A stretch of DNA of 45,243 nucleotides from Atractiella rhizophila. Lineage: Eukaryota. Under the pieces are notes generated by a model. The model was not told the origin of the DNA and searched no databases. It saw only the letters and a list, made by a program, of their open reading frames with translations. Position numbers and translations under genes: made by a program. Position 1 is the first letter of the stretch, and each line of letters begins with the position of its first letter. Location: positions 1 to 45,243 of the forward strand of contig MU271553.1 in the NCBI GenBank assembly GCA_021432655.1. Direction: 5' to 3'. Shown in pieces: positions 36,467-45,243 of the stretch.

Positions 36467-39329
36467 CTCGACGTTCTCCGCGTAATGATCAGACATCACG
36501 ATCGTGAGGATGGAGATGGCAAAACTGTTCGTGGGAGTGGTGGATCAGGCGACTGTTACAATTAGGACAGATTCACGTTAGGATGGTGTTGGTGGAAGTG
36601 GGCGTCCGGACGTTGAAGGCTTTAGGTCTCCGGCACTTGACTACCTCATAGTGCCACAGGAACTGTGTAAATGACTGAAATACTTTGCAATATTAGTACC
36701 TAAATTACACTTTCAAACGAGAGCTAGAGCAGTACGCTCGGATAATGATGCTTCGCTCCCTAACGATCCGAATGGGATAGGGAAGGCTGCATAAGCCTGG
36801 GAGAACTATGGTGGGTGGTCGGCAATCAGGCTGGCGGAGGTGGTAGAGGAGCTCGCTTGCATCTCAGCGAGAACATCGGTGATGTTCGAGTCAGGAGGGA
36901 AGGCACTGTTTGCTGTGGTCCTTGACTGAACAGTCCGCCTTGCGCTCCTCTTTCTCGATGAGCCGTTACATCGTCGACCTCGATGTCACGAAGCAAGTGT
37001 CGGTCGAAGGTGATCAACGGAGTGTGAGACAGAGTGGAACTCCTGCCTCCCCTTCGGTATCCGATTTCCAACCTTCAGTCCACGTTGGACTTCCGAGCTT
37101 TCACGGGCTTGGTCGAGGGGTGAGAGACGGCGGAGTGTGAGAGGGAGGTGGAGTAAGTGTAGCAGAAAATGGAGCCGCGGAACAAGGGACCGAGTGGGCA
37201 TGTCAGTTAGGACACTTGTAGCAGGGAGAGAGGAAGGGAGAAACGGAATACACTGCCACCAGAACGGAATGCCCCAACGAGAACGTGAAAAAAGGCGGAA
37301 GGGTTGAAGGAATGCGGGATGAAGGATGAACCTTGGCGGAGAGGGATGCGAGGTGGAGCAAGAGGGTAAGTGAGGCGAAAGGAGATGGCGGGGTGGAAAA
37401 GGAGCGGGAGAGATGCTGGACGGTCATTCTCCCGTTCTTCTGTGATCACCAACAGAACTCGTTCGCTCTGTCCACGTTTTTCGTCATTTGATATGCTCGT
37501 CGCTCTCTGGGTCCATTTAGATTACCAATATGCGAGAGAACATAGAAGAGCCATGGAGGAGTAGGAATGCGTTCCCTATGCAATGTGGACAGCGAAGAAA
37601 TAGGCTCGTGGGCGAAAGACGGCGGCACGACTGGGGGATGGGCGAATGGGTGGGCCGCGACGTCTTTCTGTCCTCTTTTTTACCCCATCTGTGCCACAAT
37701 CAGGTTCTGTGGCCATCACAAGCCACCACTACGCGTCGTGGTTGATTTCGGATGTCTAGGACGAAACAAAGTTGGCCACAGGTGAGGGACGGCGGAAACG
37801 GGTTTGAGTGATGTTGGAGAGGTGAAACGAGAGGTAGCGGTAGGTTAGAGAAAGCATCTCATGCCCCTCCCATGTCCACCGCAATACCCGACCTGCTGTG
37901 TCACTTCCGTCCTCTGCTTTCGCGATCCGACTTTCAACTTGGCCTTGGTGTTCATTTCGGAGGGCATAGAAGCTACGGCTACTGGAGGAACGAAGGATGA
38001 TGGGTGGCGAGAGGAGCACGCAGGTGAGGAGAGAGAGACGCCGTAGCGAGAGAACCAACGCGAGGGGTTACGGGAAGCGGGATAGGTCGGAAGGGGTATT
38101 GAGACTGGCGCAGGATTGCGCTCACTGGACTCCCGCGTCTCCTTTTGCGTCCCACACTAACCCTCGCACTGCTCTCTTGCTTCCTAGCCTCAGCAGCGAA
38201 GGTAAGTAGGGACGCTGGGAGCATGCTGAAGCGTGAAAGGGCTGCAGGGGGCAGAGTGGTGATGGGTGGACAGCGTGAGTAGGCGAGGAACCTAATCCTT
38301 ATGTCAATAAGCGCAATTGCAAAAGAGGGAGAAGGGATGGAAAGGTCACCTCCTTATCTGGGAACTCTTTGTGCTGCAGATTTTTTAGCCCTCTGTTGAT
38401 CCATCCCTGGCCCCTGTTTCGCTTTTTTCGCTCCTTCTTGCCCTGCACCGCCCATCGATTACCTGCTGCTTACACTCTCTTTCGCTGGTTAGCAGCCCAG
38501 ACACTTCCTTCTCGGTCGGTGCCGTCCGTCATGGTGTCGTGTCGTGCTTTGCTCTCCCTTTCCATCTTTGTCATACTTCACCTTCCATTACGACCCATTC
38601 TGTTCACAATGCATCTTGAGATCTTCCCCTTCCTTCCTCTCGCTGATTGTCCTTGTCCATTCATCACCTGCTCACACCAGTGCAACCGACTGCATCATCC
38701 TTCGCGGGTGGGAAGGGCACATGAGCAAAAGCGGGCGGTGAAGGGTAGCTACGGTGAAAGAGGAATGTGGAGGGTAGCGGAGCTGAAGGATGCCGGAGTA
38801 GGCTGAAACAGGAGAGGGACACCAGAGCGAGACTGTGGACGGATTGGACGACGCGAAAGAGGTGAGGCGGAGAGGAGTGGGACTGCATAACAGGCTTTGA
38901 CAGCTCAGAGCGGGAAGGGTTGGTATCCTTCCCATCGCACTATCAGAACAGGCACGATATGTCGGATGCTGTAGGTGCGACGACTGGTGAAAGCCCTTTG
39001 TCCTCCATCATCTCTTCACTCTGTTAATCTAACTTCCTCCATTTTGGTTTGCTTTCCTTCACCTCTAAGGCATACGATGCGAGAACTTCCCCTCCTTGTT
39101 GGCTTCACCCCTCACCTTGAATAGAGCATGTGCACGGCTGAAAATTCTCTCGCTCCTCCGGATTCTTATACACCGGTACTGACAGCTGTAGCTAAGTATT
39201 TCCTTTGAACCTAATGGAGAGTTGTCAAACGAGCATGGGTGTAGGATCTTGTATACCATTCCTCTCCCATGCCATTCCTCTCCTCATCCTCGCTACAAAG
39301 TGCGACGAGCTGTACCGACATCAAAGTGA

Positions 39330-40900
39330 AATATCAAATGGGAGAAAATGGAGATGGCAAAGATATCCCAACAAACTTCCCATTCCTTGTCAGAGGTAGG
39401 TATGTGTTCCATCTTGTACTTGGTACTGGTCTTCTCAGGAATTCTGATATTGTCTTCTCCAATTTTTAATGCTGAAGCTCACGGCCAATATTTTAAGGAT
39501 AAAGAAGCAGGGTAGGAGGGGAGGTAGACGAACCGAAGATGGTGACGCTCAACCGAGCTTCCCCCCCCCCATGCCTGCCACACTTTGAATGGCCACAGAG
39601 AGCGGCTTGATCAACACTTGTCTTCTGAGGAGATGGACATTCTGTTATTACGGCAGCAGTCGATATCGTCATACCAGATTTTCCATGAAGGTAGAGTTTT
39701 CACGTCAGGAAGTTTGTTGGCACTTTGATAACAGAAAGGATAAGTCAGCAATAGGAGGGAGGAGAGGGAGAGGCGGAGGACTTACACAGGGCTCCATCCA
39801 GGGTAGTCAGTGGGTACCACAAAGAGGAGAGAGGAGGGAGAGGAGAACTCATGAAATGAGGATAGCGGCGAACTCGACGGACGGCCACAGCTCGGACTTT
39901 CCCACCTTGCAGTCGTAAAACGTCCTATAGATCTCTCCAGGCTCAAGGGCGACGCAATATCCCTTCTTATGAAGCGAGATTTTGGGTCCGAGTGCGTGAC
40001 TTTGTTTGGCCAAGCGAATGAGAGGTGGAAGAGGAGAAGGAGAAGTACCAGTGACGACTAAGCCAGCAGTTTCATACCCCAAGACCATTGATCTTTGACA
40101 ATGAAATTTCGATCTTTCCTTGTTTGAGATAGTGAACATCGGAACCAGAGATCCCCTTTTTTCTTTCTAGGGGAGACGGTGATCTTGCATCCGTCTACGT
40201 CCATCCATTTCAATCGGCTTCGACTAGTAGTTGGTTAGTTGGAAAGGGGAAGGAAGGGAAAGCAGGCTGGTCTCCGGCAAGTTCTTGGGCATTGAGAACC
40301 TTGCGCGTCTCGATTTTGACCTGTAAGGGTGTGAGTGGATGGAATGTTGGCGGAGGGAAGACTCACATCCTCGATGCATGGAGTACGAAGGCAAGGTTCT
40401 TGGTTGGGATTGTGAGGTTGCCCAGGCAAGTTCAGCGCCAAAGTGCATCTTTTTTGTACTGTCATTACAATAATAGAATAGCACCTGTTGAGGAAGATGT
40501 ACGGATAGATTGATGGATAAAGCGATGAAAAGGCGAAAGGACACAGGGCTCCATCCAGCGTAGTCAGTGGGTACCACAAAGAGGAGAGAGGAGGGAGAGG
40601 AGATCTCATGAAATGAGGATAGCGGCGAACTCGACGGACTGCCACAGCTCGGACTTTCCCACCTTGCAGTCGTAACGCGTCCTATAGATCTCTCCAGGCT
40701 CAAGGGCGACGCGATATCCCTTCTTATGATGCGAGATTTTGGGTCCGAGTGCGTGCCTTTGTTTGGCCAAGCGAATGAGAGGTGGAAGAGGAGAAGGAGA
40801 AGTACCAGTGACGACTAAGCCAGCAGTTTCATACCCCAAGACCCTTGATCTTTGACAATGAAATTTGCGATCTTTCATTGTTGAGATAGTGAACATCGGA
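39330..40900 (-). pseudogene. More diverged sorbitol/xylitol dehydrogenase-like remnants (N-terminal part present twice)
   Basis: SMVLGYETAGLVVTG...KKGYCVALEPGEIYRTFYDCKVGKSELWPSVEFAA (39849-40139) and the near-identical 40606-40959. Residual similarity to the C-terminal part at ~39350. Confidence 0.72.
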
Positions 40901-41294
40901 ACCAGAGAACCCCTTTTTCTAGGGGAGACGGTGATCTTGCATCCGTCTCCGCCATCCATTTCAATCGGCTTCGACTAGTAGTTGGTTAGTTAGAAAGGGG
41001 AAGGAGGGGAAAGCAGGCTGGTCTCTGGCAAGTTCTTGGGCATTGAGAACCTGGCGCGTCTCGATTTTGACCTGTAACGGTGTGAGTGGATGGAATGTTG
41101 GCGGAGGGAAGACTCACATCCTCGATGCATGGAGTACGAAGGCAAGGTTCTTCTTGGTTGGGATTGTGAGGTTGCCCAGGCAAGTTCAGCGCCAAAGTGC
41201 ATCTATTTGTACTGCCATTACAATAATAGAATAGCACCTGTTGAGGAAGATGGACGGATAGATTGATGGATAAAGCGATGAAAAGGCGAAAGGA
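39784..41294. repeat. Tandem duplication, ~757-bp unit (39784-40540 and 40541-41294)
   Basis: Both units begin acacagggctccatccag and end gataaagcgatgaaaaggcgaaagg. Confidence 0.92.
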
Positions 41295-41714
41295 GTGGCA
41301 GTGGAGGTGACCTCCATTTTATGGAGAGCAAGCATATTTCTCGGTATTTTTACATCAAAGCGAGATGTATAACAAAAGATCCACTCAGGGGTTGGCGCAT
41401 CCGGTCTAGCCAGGAAGAGCTGTTGATGCCTCTTGTTGGTTGTTTGCAAATGGAAGGAAGCGGACCGTATTTCTTGTCATCATCATGACAGTCGTGGTTT
41501 GCAAGAAGATTAAAGGGCAAATAATAATATTACAACTATTATTATTAATACGCTGTATTTCAACCTTGGCCATCACTTGTCCGCTTAAGGTAAACATATT
41601 ACCTGTTTCAAGCAGGTTGAGCACATTCTCAGCGTCTCAAAATGAGAGCTGGGGCTACAGAAGAATTCACACACCTGAAGTCATCAAGATTTCCCCTGGC
41701 GTGACCTTTGCATG

Positions 41715-42925
41715 TCATAAAGACGAGCCACCAGAATTTGTAAGCTCTCCATTCATAGAAACGAGACTGGAAGGCAGATGATCACTCTCCATCCAACCGA
41801 GATAGTCTGTAAGGCCTGAAAGATTCGCGGTTTGACAGCAAGCAGCATGGAACGTCAGGTACTTTGGATTCGGCAGTTCCAGTTGGGGAACCTCGCTAGT
41901 GATGCGGACTTGACGAGGAAACCTGTGGTTGCGGAATACGAGTCGTTCGTTACGTGCACCAACGTCGTATACACCGGGTTCGCCCTGGTTCAATCATTTA
42001 TGAGCTATGGATAACCATGTTTTGACCTTGGATACTGACCGTTGGTTGAAGCCACACTTTGAGGTTGTCAACCCAATCCGTAGTGATGAATCTAGAGCTA
42101 TAACATTGCTGAGACGGTGGACATTTCTTCCCTCTAGCTCCTCCTGTATTTCAGAATATCCAAAGGATTTTAGAACCATCCAAAAGTTGGAGGCGTGTTT
42201 AACCTGCGTCAGACTCAAGACGTGAACTGAAGGTGGAACGTCATAGCGTACCTTCGCCTCATCGTTCATTAATTCCAAGCAGATGTGAGCGCACTCAGTG
42301 CGTCCAATAGCTGCATCCCTATCCTGACAGGTCAGCAACATCCCACCTATAGTGCAGCGAATGCGGTCGCGAACCAGCGCCTATCACAACATTCAATTGT
42401 ACAAGGTTTCCATTAGTTGCTTACGCTTTGCTTCGCTCGAAAGTGATCTTTTGGATAAGGATCGAGCCATTCTTTATCAGCGCTTGCCTGCGAAGGATGA
42501 TGGCGACGGTTGTTTTGATACTCGCCGCGTACGACGCTTGCCTTTGCCAAATGTACAACCCAGACGATGAACTCAATATAATGTGTACAGGGACAGGCCA
42601 ATATCACGAAACACTCACATGCGCGAATGAACATTGGTAATAAAATTCCCCCAACTCGCAAAACTTCTCGTAGCAGGACGGAGAATCCGCGAGTCCATCC
42701 TAAGCAGATAAAATTGATGTCCGACGAAGTTCTTGCTTGTTTGAGCCGGACAGCATTGCAAGAGGCCACCAAGGATCGGGATGTTGATGAGCATCTTTAT
42801 CAACACGGTCGCTTCGCCGCCCTTGCATTTTCCACACTCTCTTTCAGACTCTTCTCCACAATATGACAAAGACTGTGAGCGTTCTCTGTGTGCTTCGTGT
42901 TGTGGAAGTCGATGGCTAGGTCCAT
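41715..42925 (-). pseudogene. Fungal HNH_2-type (HNH endonuclease-like) gene, frameshifted
   Basis: HPSQAS...PKDHFRAKQS|ALVRDRIRCTI, TECAHI, NVHRLSNVIALDSSLRIG-(F)DNLKVWLQPT, ELPNPKYLTFHAACCQTANLSG: the usual motif series of basidiomycete HNH_2 proteins. A 1-nt deletion near 42070 and a probable frameshift near 42700. Confidence 0.75.
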
Positions 42926-43446
42926 GTCAGTGGACGGATGGAGAACGTGAAATGAAATGTGTTGACGTGTTTGCCGCGCGTTCCGATGCAGGGGCAAACA
43001 AACATCTGGCACTTCCCCGCCTGGGAATCCCAAGTTTCTTCCCCCAATCACATCATACTAAATTTCAACTAAATTTCACCGTGCTCATTTCCGTGTGATT
43101 GGGGATATCTTAGCCTCAAGTCAAAATCTCATTGTCTACCCTCCCCTCTCTCTTTGGATCTTCGCATCCCAATACTGCAATGTCAAATGCCCAATCCGAA
43201 ACTATGTTGTTGTGAGCGGCGATGACGTAACTTGGACTTGGAGAGCATGTAACGACGATGATGACCTTACGATACCACAGCAGTACTCACGCTTCAATAC
43301 CCTTCATACTCTTACTTTTGCCTCTCTCACAACCTTCCCTGTCAGCGCTGGACGTCCCCCAGCCACTCATACAGTGTGAGAACACCACAATCCGAGACCA
43401 CAGCGAAGCAGCCAGGGAGCATCCAAAGTGGAATCTCCAGGTGTAT

Positions 43447-44352
43447 NNNNNNNNNNNNNNNNNNNNNNNNNNNNNNNNNNNNNNNNNNNNNNNNNNNNNN
43501 NNNNNNNNNNNNNNNNNNNNNNNNNNNNNNNNNNNNNNNNNNNNNNNNNNNNNNNNNNNNNNNNNNNNNNNNNNNNNNNNNNNNNNNNNNNNNNNNNNNN
43601 NNNNNNNNNNNNNNNNNNNNNNNNNNNNNNNNNNNNNNNNNNNNNNNNNNNNNNNNNNNNNNNNNNNNNNNNNNNNNNNNNNNNNNNNNNNNNNNNNNNN
43701 NNNNNNNNNNNNNNNNNNNNNNNNNNNNNNNNNNNNNNNNNNNNNNNNNNNNNNNNNNNNNNNNNNNNNNNNNNNNNNNNNNNNNNNNNNNNNNNNNNNN
43801 NNNNNNNNNNNNNNNNNNNNNNNNNNNNNNNNNNNNNNNNNNNNNNNNNNNNNNNNNNNNNNNNNNNNNNNNNNNNNNNNNNNNNNNNNNNNNNNNNNNN
43901 NNNNNNNNNNNNNNNNNNNNNNNNNNNNNNNNNNNNNNNNNNNNNNNNNNNNNNNNNNNNNNNNNNNNNNNNNNNNNNNNNNNNNNNNNNNNNNNNNNNN
44001 NNNNNNNNNNNNNNNNNNNNNNNNNNNNNNNNNNNNNNNNNNNNNNNNNNNNNNNNNNNNNNNNNNNNNNNNNNNNNNNNNNNNNNNNNNNNNNNNNNNN
44101 NNNNNNNNNNNNNNNNNNNNNNNNNNNNNNNNNNNNNNNNNNNNNNNNNNNNNNNNNNNNNNNNNNNNNNNNNNNNNNNNNNNNNNNNNNNNNNNNNNNN
44201 NNNNNNNNNNNNNNNNNNNNNNNNNNNNNNNNNNNNNNNNNNNNNNNNNNNNNNNNNNNNNNNNNNNNNNNNNNNNNNNNNNNNNNNNNNNNNNNNNNNN
44301 NNNNNNNNNNNNNNNNNNNNNNNNNNNNNNNNNNNNNNNNNNNNNNNNNNNN
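43447..44352. other. Assembly gap (~906 N)
   Basis: Run of n. Confidence 0.99.
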
Positions 44353-44355
44353 ACG

Positions 44356-44892
44356 ATGGGGAAGGTTGGCGCGGCACCTTCGCCTGCATTAGGCGGAGGG
44401 AGGGATGCTTGGGCACATTTCGATCCCGCTACCCATGAAGATGATGCGGCAGAAGCTGGCGCCGCCTCGTCCGGAGAGGAGGAAGCGGATCAACAACCAC
44501 CGTCCCTTGATGCGATCATCGCCTCTCATCCACCCTCGCAACCTACACGACAGCCACCCAACACGCGGCGCTCCTCCTCTTCCTACTACTATATACCTCC
44601 ACCCTCCTCACACCTCGAACGTCAACACCAAGACCGAGAAGATCCATCCCCTTCTGCTACGACGTACCACTCCCACGCCACAGAATCGAACGCACCGCTT
44701 CTCCCCCCCTCTCCATCTCGGACGGCCAATTCGGAGCGTCCGAGGACGAGGAGGGAGAATAGTCAGGACCTAAGGTCGGACGCGCCGCTCTTGCAGCGCC
44801 AGTCTCACGTCAGGAGACAGAGCAGTGGTGGAACTATCCCGCGACGGGCGAGTGCGAGGAGGGGAGCGTCATATTCTGCAGCGTGGCAGTAG
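44356..44892 (+). CDS. Hypothetical low-complexity (Pro/Ser/Arg-rich) protein, possibly partial
   Basis: Open frame from the gap edge (ATG 44356, MGKVGAAPSPALGGG...) to TAG 44892, GC-rich, followed by T-rich UTR-like sequence. No recognisable domain. Confidence 0.4.
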   Translation: MGKVGAAPSPALGGGRDAWAHFDPATHEDDAAEAGAASSGEEEADQQPPSLDAIIASHPPSQPTRQPPNTRRSSSSYYYIPPPSSHLERQHQDREDPSPSATTYHSHATESNAPLLPPSPSRTANSERPRTRRENSQDLRSDAPLLQRQSHVRRQSSGGTIPRRASARRGASYSAAWQ

Positions 44893-45243
44893 GCGGAGGG
44901 AGTGCTATTGGAGAGAGCCGCGTTATTGGTTATGGGTCCGCGTTCAGCTGCACCGAAGCAGTCGTTGATGGGATTTTGTTCAGCGTTTCATTTGGGTACC
45001 GTTTCACTTTACTTTCGCTGTATATCATACCCGGTTTGTTTGTTGCATTGCTTGTCATTTTTACTGATCTTTGGTACTTGAAAAAGATTGTGTGTATTCC
45101 AAATAGTCACTTCTATCACCTATGCCAAGGTATATACTGTAATCTGAATTCGGGAATCATTAGACTTCTGAAGAAAAGTTCTACAGTGTAAAGGTCTATC
45201 TACCAGTCTCCATCGAAGGAGTTGAAGCTTGCGAGCTGGAAGA

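Larger units (their letters stand above)
11890..38920. repeat. Segmental duplication array: unit A ~11.9-17.45 kb (+), B ~19.3-26.25 kb (+), C ~26.25-33.88 kb (+), D ~34.1-38.92 kb (inverted)
   Basis: Homologous blocks recur in the same order in each unit: upstream block (e.g. ttcagcct...aatggacaa/gggcaa...caatcagcg at ~11.9-12.1k, 19.4-19.5k, 26.4-26.5k and reversed at 38.6-38.8k), promoter block, F-box gene, downstream relic and (in A-C) dehydrogenase remnant. The sequence cgctgtgcct..gtcttccgccgtccctc occurs at both ~26237 and ~33841. Confidence 0.88.

Noticed and set aside
11890..38920. Repeat units as transposons (Helitron, Starship, LTR) carrying cargo
   Set aside because: I saw no transposase, Rep/helicase, tyrosine recombinase or RT coding remnants, and no terminal repeats or target-site duplications. 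Segmental duplication is sufficient.
43258..44438. Long ORFs (336-544 aa) in the ORF track
   Set aside because: They are open only because they run through ~900 N.

Overview
Intron-rich fungal genomic DNA, most likely a basidiomycete (short GT-AG introns with CTAAC/CTGAC branch sites); the species cannot be determined. Left to right: (1) the 5' part of a Rom1/Rom2-type Rho1 GEF gene (DEP-DH-PH) on the minus strand, whose 5' region appears twice across a 25-N gap, most likely an assembly overlap; (2) a secreted Cys-rich thaumatin-like gene with a Gly/Ser linker and two CBM52/Carb_bind-like modules, carrying an internal ~820-bp tandem duplication; (3) a ~27-kb array (~11.9-38.9 kb) of segmental duplication units, three direct ones of ~7 kb and one shorter inverted one. 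Each unit holds an intact F-box + LRR-like gene, and the three direct units also carry a decayed sorbitol/xylitol-dehydrogenase passenger gene. The F-box/LRR paralogues are nearly invariant in their scaffold but hypervariable at the x positions of each xxLxLxx strand, look mosaic, and include an in-frame double-F-box chimera. This receptor-like diversifying array is the most interesting system in the window. (4) Further dehydrogenase remnants in a ~757-bp tandem duplication, a frameshifted fungal HNH_2-type endonuclease gene, a ~900-N gap and a partial low-complexity ORF. All calls come from reading the sequence by eye; no searches were run.
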